DNA from: Holosporales bacterium
GTDB taxonomy: Bacteria; Pseudomonadota; Alphaproteobacteria; Paracaedibacterales; CANFPP01
Reading direction: 5' to 3'
Assembly (NCBI GenBank): GCA_947449005.1
Contig: CANFPP010000009.1
Span: 796 to 64,795, forward strand
Length of the DNA: 64,000 bases
A program made the position numbers and the translations under genes. The notes below the pieces were generated by a model. That model was not told where the DNA came from, searched no databases, and saw only the letters and a list, made by a program, of their open reading frames with translations. Shown here in pieces: positions 28,166 to 38,125 of the stretch (its first letter is position 1; every line of letters begins with the position of its first letter).

Positions 28166-28906
28166 CTATTTTTTAACTATAACGGAATTGAGAGTTTCAT
28201 TGATTGTATCGAGAACTTTAAAAATTGGATTTGTTACAGATTCAACATGATAATTAAAAATTAGACTTGCTATTAAGATGAGAACAAAAAAAACTACGGC
28301 AATAAGCCACATTGGCAAGGTAGTTTGTTTTTTAGGTAATGCATTTTTGTAGGTATCTAGAAAATAATCTGTTTTTTTCTGAAGATAAGGTTCAATTTTT
28401 TCCCAAAGATCTTGCTGAATTGCCTTTTGGATAAGGGGATCTTTGTTATAATTTTTCCCCTTAAAACCAAGTCTTAATAAAATGTATAAAACTTCTAATA
28501 AGGGTGCGTTGAGAGGGGGGTCTTCGAGCATTGTCTCAACGATAATATAAAATCTCTCGCCTCCAAATGTTTCCTTATAAAAGGTGCTCAGCAAACTCAT
28601 TTCATTCCAAATTCCCTCCCGTCCCCAAGGAGTGCACATAATTGCTTCATCGAGGGCTGTGCAAAAACAGTATTTTACCGCTAAGATTTGGCGTGTTGAA
28701 AATCCTAGATGATACGCATTTTGTTCAAAGGTATTGAGACAGTGGATTAAAAATGTATTAATTACTCGTAGATCTTCTTCTGGCTCTGAGTTCTTTAAAT
28801 TAATTAAAATACTAAGAAGGGGCATAACAGTTGTTAATAAATTATTTTTCTCCTGATCCAAGGTTAAGCTCGTGTTTTGAAGTGAGGTGGATTGATCATG
28901 CATCAT
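28166..28906 (-). CDS. tssL: T6SS membrane complex protein TssL (DotU), no OmpA/peptidoglycan-binding extension
   Basis: 'CTALDEAIMCTPWGREGIWNEMSLLSTFYKETFGGERFY' DotU signature and a single C-terminal TM 'MWLIAVVFFVLILIASLIF'. Confidence 0.87.
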   Translation of the reverse strand: MMHDQSTSLQNTSLTLDQEKNNLLTTVMPLLSILINLKNSEPEEDLRVINTFLIHCLNTFEQNAYHLGFSTRQILAVKYCFCTALDEAIMCTPWGREGIWNEMSLLSTFYKETFGGERFYIIVETMLEDPPLNAPLLEVLYILLRLGFKGKNYNKDPLIQKAIQQDLWEKIEPYLQKKTDYFLDTYKNALPKKQTTLPMWLIAVVFFVLILIASLIFNYHVESVTNPIFKVLDTINETLNSVIVKK

Positions 28907-28909
28907 AAT

Positions 28910-30262
28910 TTATTCCTCGTAGATATACTGATTGTCAGTACGTTGAATTGTCCATACTTCAAATTGAAAATCTGGAAATTGACTAGAAAGATGAAATCCT
29001 AAGCCTGATGATGTTTTAAGTTTTTGCCAGAGTGGACTGTTCTGATCGAGGGAAAAATAACTGTAGCCGGCATAAAATGGTATTTTGCGCGGAACAACGG
29101 GTAAGGCTTGTAAAGCAATACCTGGTAAAGAGTGTGTTACTAAGTCGGTAATTTCTTCAAAGGCACTAATTTTGAGCGTTTTAGGTAGCTCTTCATGTAA
29201 TTCCTCTGATGTTACATGTGCCCGTGCCACCACAACAAAATCTGTCGTTTCAAGTAGTGTTTTATCTGGGATTTTAACAATCCATAAGCCAGGCTTATAC
29301 GCTTCAACTGGCAAAGATTGTGCATTTTGATTAATCATTAATAAAAATGATTGACGTAATGAAGCAAGCAATATTGAAAATGTATTGGCTAAATTATCAT
29401 GATCGTAAGGAAGGGCTTTTACTGCGCATTTTTTTGTGTATGTTGTCATTTCCCCTAAAAGCTGAGTAAATATATTATAGAGTTTAAAAGGGTGATTGGG
29501 TGAACTTTGTGCAATACTATTAATAAGAGGGCTATACTCATTCATGAGTTGTAAAAGCATAAAATCAGCAAGTTCTGAAATTCCTCCATCTTCAACGCCA
29601 GCAACGCGGCCTGCTAATGTTTCTGCGCGGTGCGTCAGAAGAGTCATAATTTCATTAATATACCCTTGAAGTATGGTATTTTTATTGGCATTAAGCATAG
29701 GAGGAATAAAAGCTTGGTTCAATCGAATGCCTTGACCGGCGACAATTTGATCAACATGCGCAATGTTTAAATGGCTATAGGCTGTATTATTATCTGCCGA
29801 GGAAAAAAGGGTTAAGCGTGGATTCCCAATTGTAACGTACACCGTATCCTCGAGCAGATCTGAAGTATTGTTTTGTACAGGCTTACTTGTTGCTAAGTAA
29901 CGAATAGGCTGAACCGTATTAATGTCATCTGTAACTTCTGGTAAACCAATATGTCGAAGAGGAATGGCTAAAGAAATGGTGCAATTGGTTGTGTTTGGAG
30001 GAAGCACTAAAGGGCAGGGTGGAGAAGATATATTGGGTATATCAATGAGTGTGCCATCTGGAAAGAGACCTCGGCACTGCTTAAGACCTATCTTTCCTAG
30101 AGCAAGAAGTTCTTGGTCAAGCTCAAGAGAGTCAAAACCCCAGCTATAAGGTTGGAAAAGGGCAATGTGGCTTCGAAATAAGAACTCAAAATAACGATCT
30201 TGTTGTTGAAAATGTTGAGGCTGAAGAAACATACCTTCTGACCAGATTGTTTTATTGTACAT
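28910..30262 (-). CDS. tssK: T6SS baseplate protein TssK
   Basis: N-terminus 'IWSEGMFLQPQHFQQQDRYFE' is the TssK hallmark. 450 aa. Confidence 0.9.
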   Translation of the reverse strand: MYNKTIWSEGMFLQPQHFQQQDRYFEFLFRSHIALFQPYSWGFDSLELDQELLALGKIGLKQCRGLFPDGTLIDIPNISSPPCPLVLPPNTTNCTISLAIPLRHIGLPEVTDDINTVQPIRYLATSKPVQNNTSDLLEDTVYVTIGNPRLTLFSSADNNTAYSHLNIAHVDQIVAGQGIRLNQAFIPPMLNANKNTILQGYINEIMTLLTHRAETLAGRVAGVEDGGISELADFMLLQLMNEYSPLINSIAQSSPNHPFKLYNIFTQLLGEMTTYTKKCAVKALPYDHDNLANTFSILLASLRQSFLLMINQNAQSLPVEAYKPGLWIVKIPDKTLLETTDFVVVARAHVTSEELHEELPKTLKISAFEEITDLVTHSLPGIALQALPVVPRKIPFYAGYSYFSLDQNSPLWQKLKTSSGLGFHLSSQFPDFQFEVWTIQRTDNQYIYEE

Positions 30263-30295
30263 TTTTTATCCTTTATTTTTTAATTCTTACTTAAG

Positions 30296-30763
30296 CTATG
30301 AGATTGAAAAGCTTAGTTTGTTGAAATTAATTATTATGTTGTCTCCCCTAACAGCAGAAGTAGCAATTGTATCGCGCCATTTTGCATTTTCTAGATCATA
30401 ATATGCGACAAGAAATCCTAAATATTGTATTTCTTCATCTATTCTAAGAGTAAATTCCTTTGTCTGATGAATATTAATTTCAAATTTATGTTCTTCTATA
30501 AGGTCCTTCTCTAGCGTTTCTGAAGGATTTGTATAGAGATCAAAAAACTTAGCTTGAGTAAACGAGTGAAGATTTTTAAGCTGATAAATGTGAACGTCAA
30601 CAGGTGAGGCACGACCATTGACATTGGGATTGAGATCTTCGCTACTTTGAAACTTTAGAGTTACTTGTTCCAACGGAGGGCGAGGAATTGATGAGCAACC
30701 TAATAAAACAAAAGATACACTAAACATAAGGAATATATAGCGGTATAAATATGAATATTTCAT
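30296..30763 (-). CDS. tssJ: T6SS outer-membrane lipoprotein TssJ
   Basis: Lipobox 'VLLGCSS'. 'DLNPNVNGRASPVDVHIYQLKN..F..AKFFDL' is SciN-like. 155 aa. Confidence 0.78.
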   Translation of the reverse strand: MKYSYLYRYIFLMFSVSFVLLGCSSIPRPPLEQVTLKFQSSEDLNPNVNGRASPVDVHIYQLKNLHSFTQAKFFDLYTNPSETLEKDLIEEHKFEINIHQTKEFTLRIDEEIQYLGFLVAYYDLENAKWRDTIATSAVRGDNIIINFNKLSFSIS

Positions 30764-31305
30764 GACTGCGAAACTTTCTTTAATAATTTTTTAAAACGTG
30801 AAACAAGAGGTGTCGGTACAGAAGGTTCTGTTTGTTTTTCTTTAGTAAGAAGCAATGAATAGGATGTATAAGGTATTTCAGTATTTGAGAAAGATTCAGA
30901 GTTTTGATAAGTCGATTGTGTTTGCAGGAGGGCTGGATTCACATTTTGATACAGAAAGGCAAGTTTATCTTCTTTAGGGTCATCAACTAAGGGAGTAGCC
31001 AGAGTATTTCTTCTTAAAGATGAATTATTCCCTTGGGTAACTTGGGCTGCCGAATTTTTTAAATTTGTTTCACACGTTATTATGTGGGAATCAAAAACTA
31101 TATCTTGGCATGGACTTAAGCGCCGCCATTGATTTTCATGTTTTATGTACCATTGATGATTTATGAGGTTAAATTCGAGAATTAAAGGATTTCTTTCAAC
31201 CGGGATAGATAAACCGGATGGCAATAATGAACGTATGAATGAAACAGGGGATGCTTCTCCGTAGAATGAAGATAATTTTTTCTGAATAAAACACTTTAAA
31301 TACAT
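30760..31305 (-). CDS. T6SS-embedded hypothetical protein occupying the Fha/TagH slot (no clear FHA signature)
   Basis: Overlaps tssJ by 4 nt and tssG by 10 nt, so it is co-translated with core genes. 'LILEFNLINHQWYIKHENQWRRLSPCQDIVFDSHIITCE' is only vaguely FHA-like, and the GR / SxxH phosphothreonine-binding residues were not found. Confidence 0.35.
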   Translation of the reverse strand: MYLKCFIQKKLSSFYGEASPVSFIRSLLPSGLSIPVERNPLILEFNLINHQWYIKHENQWRRLSPCQDIVFDSHIITCETNLKNSAAQVTQGNNSSLRRNTLATPLVDDPKEDKLAFLYQNVNPALLQTQSTYQNSESFSNTEIPYTSYSLLLTKEKQTEPSVPTPLVSRFKKLLKKVSQS

Positions 31306-32456
31306 GTGTGAACACTTTGATAAGCTGTTTTGGTAATTTCATCATTTGTGTTGACGGGAGTGTGTTTACGATATTTTGAAGGATCTACATGATAGTTTAT
31401 ATGCGTATCATTCTTATCATGATAGGGAGACTTTGTAATAAGCCATGTATTCCAGCCTAATTGAAAAGAGTTATTGAGACGGCATTTAGGAACATTATTT
31501 TTTTTTAAAATGAGATTGATGCAATATTTTAAATTGTTGTTAATGTAATACTTTATGAGTGTATTGAGGTTGTTTAAAAATGCAGAGCAGGGGATAAAAC
31601 ATTGAAATGTCTCATAATCAACAGGCCCGATGACCAGCGTAAATTTATTATTAACAGACCACACTTTTTGACCAAGAAGAGCTGTTTTTCCTAATTGATT
31701 GTATAAGCGCTTGCTTCCTAAAATTGTTCGGTCATGTTTTTCTAAACGTAACCATTCTCCTTCGCATTGACGAATGGAAACATCAAGTGAAAGATAACTT
31801 TTAAGAAGACGTGTTAACCCACAAGCAGATCGGGGTTGTTGAGCTAAAATGCCAGCATAAAACACGCTTGTGTTTGACAAACTAGCTTGAAAATCTTCAT
31901 TAGATGAAGTCAAGCCATTGCCATGAAGGCTCTTTAGAATGAGAGCATAATAATCATCTTTGTTTGAGTTCTGTTGTTGTTTTTCATAATTGATAAATAT
32001 GCGTTTTTTTGCCCAGGCTCGATAATAAAAAGAGAGAAGCCGATGATCAAATATATCTAAAAAATCAGCAAGCGTAGTATTGCCGAGACGTTTCTGGGAT
32101 AAAATGAAGTCCGTGTAATACTGAGGTAAAGCTCCTAAAATGCCCGTTAAGCCTAGAATAGATACAGTTAAATTTGGCTGTGTTAAATTAGAAGTTTCTG
32201 TATCAAATGTTGCAGGTTCAACGTTATATACGCCAGCCACAGGAAAGGATAGTGAAGTTTTGTTTTTCAGGCGCACAACTTCCTGGTGCGCTAAAGCAGT
32301 ATCACCAATGTAAGCTGTGGGCATAGGCATAGGTTGAGCCTTGTCCAAAAAAGAACCTTTTTCAAATAGTCTAATCACTTGAAAAAAATTAAAAAGGGAG
32401 GGTCTACTTATTAATTTTTCTAAAGGAGAACTTTTGATCCCATATTTGGTTTCCAT
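31296..32456 (-). CDS. tssG: T6SS baseplate protein TssG
   Basis: 'LFNFFQVIRLFE' N-terminal hallmark. 386 aa. Overlaps tssF. Confidence 0.85.
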   Translation of the reverse strand: METKYGIKSSPLEKLISRPSLFNFFQVIRLFEKGSFLDKAQPMPMPTAYIGDTALAHQEVVRLKNKTSLSFPVAGVYNVEPATFDTETSNLTQPNLTVSILGLTGILGALPQYYTDFILSQKRLGNTTLADFLDIFDHRLLSFYYRAWAKKRIFINYEKQQQNSNKDDYYALILKSLHGNGLTSSNEDFQASLSNTSVFYAGILAQQPRSACGLTRLLKSYLSLDVSIRQCEGEWLRLEKHDRTILGSKRLYNQLGKTALLGQKVWSVNNKFTLVIGPVDYETFQCFIPCSAFLNNLNTLIKYYINNNLKYCINLILKKNNVPKCRLNNSFQLGWNTWLITKSPYHDKNDTHINYHVDPSKYRKHTPVNTNDEITKTAYQSVHTCI

Positions 32457-34225
32457 TGTATAACCTCTCCTGATTTATTAGCGTATTGAATTGTCAGCTG
32501 AGTAAACGAATTAATAGAACAATAGGAAGCAATAAATTTTTCCAAAACACTTGAGAATAAAAAAATTGCTGGATGTTCTTTAACGAAAGTTACGATCATC
32601 TCTGTGCCGCTGAATACGGTGTTCCCATAATTATAAGATCCCCGAGCGACGATAGGTTTTGTTTCCACAGAGGCAATGTTATTAATAAATAAAGCATGCT
32701 CTTCCATTTGTGAAAAATTATACAAATGCAGGATTTCTTTTAAAAACTTAGTGGCATCTGAATTTTTAGAAAACGTAAATGTATTTAACATTAAATGAGA
32801 AATTAACTGCCAGCGAATGCCGTTGCTTAAAGGTAAATGATAGCAGGGAGTAAAAGGTAATAAGCTACGAATCTCTCCTTCTATATTTTCTTTTACCAGC
32901 TGTAGTTTTGGATGGCCGCCCCCGTGTGGTAACTGACTTGGTAGCTGGTGATTCGTACAAAGAAGAGATATTTGTGCAATTGAAGTTTCCACTTCCTGGT
33001 TGCTATCGACAAAAGAAATAAATACATCAATTTCACGATTGTGTTGTTCAATAGATGAGGAAGGGGCGCGATGCTTGCGTTCAGTGTGCCAATAAGTATT
33101 TCGGCTATTTTTTTCTTTAAATCCATATAAAGGAAGGCAACTTTGAAATGCTCCAGAAAGTTTTGACAAGGCAACTGATTTTACTTTATAAACCTCAATT
33201 TCTGTTAATCTTCTGGCATCAGGAATAATTGGATAAGCACTTTGTGTGTGATCAACAAGAATAGGTTCGGCTTCTTTGTCAAATAAATTAACCAAAGGAG
33301 TGCAATGCAGAGCAAGACTATTGTTTGTTAGGATAGGTCGTAGGGTGGGGGCAGAATCTTTAAAACAGAGAATAATTTTTATATCTCGACCAACATCATT
33401 AGCAACAAAAAAATCCTCTTTAAAAGCAATGTCAAAAAATAAAAATTTTGCAGGAAACACAAAAAACTCAGTTAACAAACGGTAACTAAGAGCAGATTGT
33501 TCTGGGTAAGGGATAATTCCAAAATTCTCGTTAAATCCAATAGCAAGTATATCGTCACGAGAAAATGCAACAGGTTTTTTACCTGCTTCAACAATAAAAC
33601 CTCCTAAACCATCTCTAAATAATAAATCATAAAAAATGTAAGAATAGGGCGTGGTAAGGTTAATAAAGAATCGAATGCTTTTGGGATTCAGCATTGAAAA
33701 TGATACTTTTGATTTCAGGCAACGAAGTGATATTTCTAATATGCACTGAGTTGTGGGCAAAAAAGGTAAAGCCGCTGATGTTTCTTCAATTAATTCTAAG
33801 TGAGTTATTTCTATGGGATGCACCATCACATCATAACATGTTGAAAATTGACACGTAGCACCCTCTGAAGGATTGCTTTCGATTTGCATTTTCTGAGGAA
33901 TAAAATGACCTGCTGTAGCTTCTGGATTTGCTTGAAATTGAATAACGGATAATGAAGGAATCGGCAGCTGATAATGAGGATATAACGTGCCAAGAATTGT
34001 ATCTGCAAGCTCTGGCAAATCATCATCAATTTTACGATGGATGCGAGCCGTTAAAAATGCAAAGGACTCAATTAAGCGTGCTATATGTGGATCTTCCGAT
34101 CCATGTTCATTTAAGCGCAGTCGGCCCGCAATACTTGGATTAGTTTTTGCAAACTCATCTCCTGCTGCTCGTAAAAAGCTAAGTTCATTATTATAGTATG
34201 ATAAAAAATCATCTTTCATAGACAA
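32420..34225 (-). CDS. tssF: T6SS baseplate protein TssF
   Basis: 'FLSYYNNELSFLRAAGDEFAKTNPSIAGRL', 'EDPHIARLIESFAFLTARIHRKIDDDLPE'. 601 aa. Confidence 0.92.
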   Translation of the reverse strand: MSMKDDFLSYYNNELSFLRAAGDEFAKTNPSIAGRLRLNEHGSEDPHIARLIESFAFLTARIHRKIDDDLPELADTILGTLYPHYQLPIPSLSVIQFQANPEATAGHFIPQKMQIESNPSEGATCQFSTCYDVMVHPIEITHLELIEETSAALPFLPTTQCILEISLRCLKSKVSFSMLNPKSIRFFINLTTPYSYIFYDLLFRDGLGGFIVEAGKKPVAFSRDDILAIGFNENFGIIPYPEQSALSYRLLTEFFVFPAKFLFFDIAFKEDFFVANDVGRDIKIILCFKDSAPTLRPILTNNSLALHCTPLVNLFDKEAEPILVDHTQSAYPIIPDARRLTEIEVYKVKSVALSKLSGAFQSCLPLYGFKEKNSRNTYWHTERKHRAPSSSIEQHNREIDVFISFVDSNQEVETSIAQISLLCTNHQLPSQLPHGGGHPKLQLVKENIEGEIRSLLPFTPCYHLPLSNGIRWQLISHLMLNTFTFSKNSDATKFLKEILHLYNFSQMEEHALFINNIASVETKPIVARGSYNYGNTVFSGTEMIVTFVKEHPAIFLFSSVLEKFIASYCSINSFTQLTIQYANKSGEVIQWKPNMGSKVLL

Positions 34226-34240
34226 GCTCTTTTTTCATGA

Positions 34241-34708
34241 TTAATTAATTCCTTCTGCATCAAGCTTAATATTTTGCACTGTATAGCGAGAGTCAGCGTA
34301 AGCTAAGGTTAGCTCCAAAGCAGAATCGCCATTTTGCAGCTCAGCTTTAACAAAAAAAACAGCAGACTCTTTGTTTTTAAGTATTACTTTTACGTTTTTT
34401 AAACGGGGCTCATAGAGCGATATTGCCTTTTCTAGATAGAAACGAGCTTTATTAAGATCATGTGCAGAATAAATTGAAAGTGATGAGAAATCTTCTATAC
34501 CATACGTCAAAACAGAGGTGTTTAGCTCAGTTAGGAAAGAAGGAAGCGTTTGAAAAAAACAGTGTGTTTGTAAAATGCATTCAATGTTTTTCAATATACT
34601 TTCTATAATGAGGTCAAGTGTGTCTTGTGAAGAGTATAGGCCGTGAGCATTATATGGTGTCTGTAATGCCGAATCAGTGGCGCGGTCGAAAAGTGCTAAC
34701 GATATCAT
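34241..34708 (-). CDS. tssE: T6SS baseplate protein TssE (gp25-like)
   Basis: 'SLALFDR', 'SVLTYGIEDFSS', 'LYEPRLKNVKV'. 155 aa. Confidence 0.82.
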   Translation of the reverse strand: MISLALFDRATDSALQTPYNAHGLYSSQDTLDLIIESILKNIECILQTHCFFQTLPSFLTELNTSVLTYGIEDFSSLSIYSAHDLNKARFYLEKAISLYEPRLKNVKVILKNKESAVFFVKAELQNGDSALELTLAYADSRYTVQNIKLDAEGIN

Positions 34709-36015
34709 GACAAACTCATTTCTAAAAATAAGTTTTCATCAAGCTGATCTTGAAAATGATGTGGTGTTAAATTGAACGCGCCGTAAAAATGACCTGGCTT
34801 AGTGGGCCGTTCTAGCACTGTAACATTTGCTGCGCTAAGTGGATATTTGGCGGTAAAATCTGGCGTTGCTTCTCCGGCAGCATTAGATGTGTATTGAAGA
34901 ATCCAGCTTTGTAAGTAATTTTGCAAGCCATCTCGAGTGATAAGTGAGCCAATTTTTTGACGACCAATGACCTTTAAATAATGAGCAAACCGTGATACGC
35001 ATAAAATCGTATCAAGTGAAAGCGCAACTTGATCTTTTGAGCGTTGGTAAAATGCTTTGCAGGCGTAAAAAACACAAAAGGGACTGTAAGTGCAGCGTGA
35101 TAATATAATAAATCCGAGATTTTGTAGCTCAATCTCATGCGTGTATCTTAAAACCGTTTCACAAGGTGGTTTTGCATAAAAAGGTGAAACATCATCTTCA
35201 AAATAATGTGGAATAAGTCCTTCAACTAATCCTCCTTGTAGGGCATCTTTACGAGTCCCTTTTATTTCGTAAAACCAACCTGTTTGCTCAAATGAGCGAA
35301 TGCATACACCCGCTAAACAATAAGCAGAGTTTCCCCAAAGGTAGTGATTATGCTCATAGGCATCCTCTTGAAAGCAAAAATCATCGGATCGATCATCCAT
35401 CAATACATAGGGAATTCGCAGGCAAAATCGGATGAGCATTAAATTTATGAATCGTGCATCTGCGTCTTGTCGAATTTTCTTCCATTTGTCATAAGAAAGA
35501 TGTTCAAAAATACGCGAAAAATCAACGAGCGACTCAAGGTCTGAAAGTTGACTAACCCCAAAAAACTGGGGGTCAAGGCCAATCAAACAGGGAGAGAAGG
35601 AGGATGCAGCGATTCCTGCAAGCGCTCTTAAGGCATAGACATCATTACTTCCTGCGTTGTCTTGCTTTGGATTCACAAAATAATCACAGATGAGAAGTCC
35701 AAACGGATGTCCGCCAGGTTGATCAAATTCATTGGTATAAATTTTTTTAAAAAGCTGACTTTGATCAAAGTCAATAGCATTCATCAAATCTCGGCTGAGT
35801 TCAGCCCAGCTTATGTCAAGAACTCGAATTTTAAGATTTCTGATGTTTTTCTCGCGATCCAAAAGATACGAAAGTCCCCGCCAGCTTGCTTCCATTTTTT
35901 GGAAATCTGGATGATGCAAGATCGCATTTACTTGGCGATTCAAAAGTGCATCAATTGTAACAAGGAGGGTCTCATACATTAAAAATGCTTTCCGTAAAAG
36001 GGATCTCAGATGCAA
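34705..36015 (-). CDS. tssC: Second, N-terminally shorter TssC paralogue (TssC40-like sheath protein)
   Basis: Collinear with the canonical TssC: 'EASWRGLSYLL', '[31 protein letters not shown]', 'RFAHYLKVIGRQKIGSL', 'ERPTKPGHFYGAFNLTPHHFQ'. TTG start 36015, or ATG 35979. Confidence 0.82.
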   Translation of the reverse strand: MHLRSLLRKAFLMYETLLVTIDALLNRQVNAILHHPDFQKMEASWRGLSYLLDREKNIRNLKIRVLDISWAELSRDLMNAIDFDQSQLFKKIYTNEFDQPGGHPFGLLICDYFVNPKQDNAGSNDVYALRALAGIAASSFSPCLIGLDPQFFGVSQLSDLESLVDFSRIFEHLSYDKWKKIRQDADARFINLMLIRFCLRIPYVLMDDRSDDFCFQEDAYEHNHYLWGNSAYCLAGVCIRSFEQTGWFYEIKGTRKDALQGGLVEGLIPHYFEDDVSPFYAKPPCETVLRYTHEIELQNLGFIILSRCTYSPFCVFYACKAFYQRSKDQVALSLDTILCVSRFAHYLKVIGRQKIGSLITRDGLQNYLQSWILQYTSNAAGEATPDFTAKYPLSAANVTVLERPTKPGHFYGAFNLTPHHFQDQLDENLFLEMSLS

Positions 36016-36071
36016 AAGAATTATCTCTTTGCACCTGAGATAGTTGTGTTAAAACAGCCTTATGATGCTGG

Positions 36072-37580
36072 TTACCCTAGCTTTGGAATTTTAGCGACAA
36101 GACGCAGCGACGCTGTTAGCTCCTCCATTTGCAACCAAGGCCTTAGCCATGCAACGGCATTATAAGATCCGGGACGTCCTGGAATCTCCTCAACTTTTAC
36201 AAGAGCTTCTGCTAAAGGAAACTTTGCTTTCATGTCTTGTCCAGCATCCGTGTTTCCATTCACATAATTAATAATCCAACGATTAAGCCACGACTCAACA
36301 TTTGAAGCCTCCATAAAGCTGCCAATCTTATCTCTCGCCATGATTTTTAAATAATGAGCAAAGCGACACGTAGCCATAATATAGGGAAGACGCGCAGATA
36401 TGGATGCATTGGCTGTTGCATCTGCTAAATCATATTGTTTTGGTTTTTGTGTTGTTTGTCCGCCAAAAAAGACTGCATAATCAGTGTTCTTATAGTGACA
36501 TAAAGGCAAAAATCCAAGGCCGCTTAGTTCGGCTTCTCTGCGGTCTGTGATCCCAATTTCTGTTGGGCACGCAGCATCAATTTCTCCGTCATCTGTTTTA
36601 AAGATATGCATAGGAAGACCTTCAACTTTACCTCCACCTTCAGCGCCTCTAATTGCAGTGCACCATCCATATTCACTAAACGCTGACGTGATTCTAACTC
36701 CATGGACAAAAGCAGAGTTCATCCAGCAATAATTATTGTGTTCAAGCTCTCTGCTATTTCCTTCTGCATCGAGTGGGGCTTCTTCATAGTCAAATTCATC
36801 AATAGGCTTTGTAGATGCACCATACGGAAGACGGGCTAAGACGCGAGGCAACGTAAGAACAACAAAACGTGCATCTTCACTATCTCTAAAATTTCGCCAA
36901 GCAATATATTCAGCTGAATCAAAGACTTTAGATAGATCTCGTGGCTTAGAAAGATCTGTCCACGTATCAAATCCAAATGTTGATGCACTCGCACTTGAAA
37001 TAAAAGGACAGAAACTGCTTGCGGCAACACCTGAAATATTTTTAAGCATCTCTAAGTCATCAGGACTATTTGTAAAGTCATAATCGGCAACTAATAAGGC
37101 GTAAGGCTCGCCACCGGCGCTTCCAAATTCGCTTTCGTAGACTTTTTTAAATAGCTGACTTTGGTCAAACTCTGCCGCTTTATCTAAATCTTTAAAAATT
37201 TCACGCTTGGTTGCATTCATCACTTTTATTTTTAGATTGCTTCCTGTTTCTGTGTTCATGACAAGATAACTTAAGCCCCGCCAAGTGCCTTCTGCTTTTT
37301 TAAATTCTTCGGCATGCATGATTTCTTTTAGCTGTTGTGATAGCTTTTTATCAATAATCTGGATAGCTTCATTAAGCGTAATAACAAGGTTTTTATTCCA
37401 CTTTATTGTGCCATTCAAGATTTGTTGTACGAATACTGTTAATAGCTCTTTTGCTTGTTCTACAGGTGTTTGTTTTGTAACAGCAATCACTTGATCCACT
37501 AGACTCAATGGAGCCTCAGTGCTTGAAGTGCTTGTGTCTGTAGTTTGCTCTACTCCAACTGTTTCTTCAGTAATACTCAT
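36072..37580 (-). CDS. tssC: T6SS contractile sheath large subunit TssC (VipB)
   Basis: 502 aa. '[11 protein letters not shown]', '[31 protein letters not shown]', '[17 protein letters not shown]', '[22 protein letters not shown]'. Confidence 0.94.
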   Translation of the reverse strand: MSITEETVGVEQTTDTSTSSTEAPLSLVDQVIAVTKQTPVEQAKELLTVFVQQILNGTIKWNKNLVITLNEAIQIIDKKLSQQLKEIMHAEEFKKAEGTWRGLSYLVMNTETGSNLKIKVMNATKREIFKDLDKAAEFDQSQLFKKVYESEFGSAGGEPYALLVADYDFTNSPDDLEMLKNISGVAASSFCPFISSASASTFGFDTWTDLSKPRDLSKVFDSAEYIAWRNFRDSEDARFVVLTLPRVLARLPYGASTKPIDEFDYEEAPLDAEGNSRELEHNNYCWMNSAFVHGVRITSAFSEYGWCTAIRGAEGGGKVEGLPMHIFKTDDGEIDAACPTEIGITDRREAELSGLGFLPLCHYKNTDYAVFFGGQTTQKPKQYDLADATANASISARLPYIMATCRFAHYLKIMARDKIGSFMEASNVESWLNRWIINYVNGNTDAGQDMKAKFPLAEALVKVEEIPGRPGSYNAVAWLRPWLQMEELTASLRLVAKIPKLG

Positions 37581-37592
37581 TTGTTTATCTCC

Positions 37593-38102
37593 TTAGTTAG
37601 GGGCGACTTGTTCTAGTCCAAGTTCGCTTGTAATACTTTTAAGTTGATCATTATTTTGAAGTAGATCTTCCAAAATTCTCTCTAAGTCTTCTGAACGGTC
37701 TGTTTTTGTTGACAAATCTCTAATTTTATTTCTGATATCTAATAAATCTTTTAAGGGCTTAATCTGAGCAATGACATTGGCAGGCTCGAAATCAGAAAGT
37801 TTTTCAAAATGAAGCTCAATGCTCATATTGCTGCCGTCATTTTGAATAACATTCTCAACATTAAATGTTAGTCCTGGCTTAAAGTTGGACATGACCTCAT
37901 CGAAATTATCACGGTCAATCTGAATAAATTTTCGCTCACGCAACGATTTTTTCTCTGCTCCTGCATTGCCTGAGAAATCTCCTAATACGCCGACAACAAA
38001 AGGAAGTTCTTTTTGAACTACTGCCCCTTCGGTTTCAACTTCATAAACAATATGTACTCGTGGTTTGCGAACACGAGAGAGCTTCATTTGTGTGCTTTCC
38101 AT
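37593..38102 (-). CDS. tssB: T6SS contractile sheath small subunit TssB (VipA)
   Basis: '[33 protein letters not shown]'. 169 aa. Confidence 0.94.
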   Translation of the reverse strand: MESTQMKLSRVRKPRVHIVYEVETEGAVVQKELPFVVGVLGDFSGNAGAEKKSLRERKFIQIDRDNFDEVMSNFKPGLTFNVENVIQNDGSNMSIELHFEKLSDFEPANVIAQIKPLKDLLDIRNKIRDLSTKTDRSEDLERILEDLLQNNDQLKSITSELGLEQVAPN

Positions 38103-38125
38103 TTTTTTTCCTTTTCTTTAATTTT

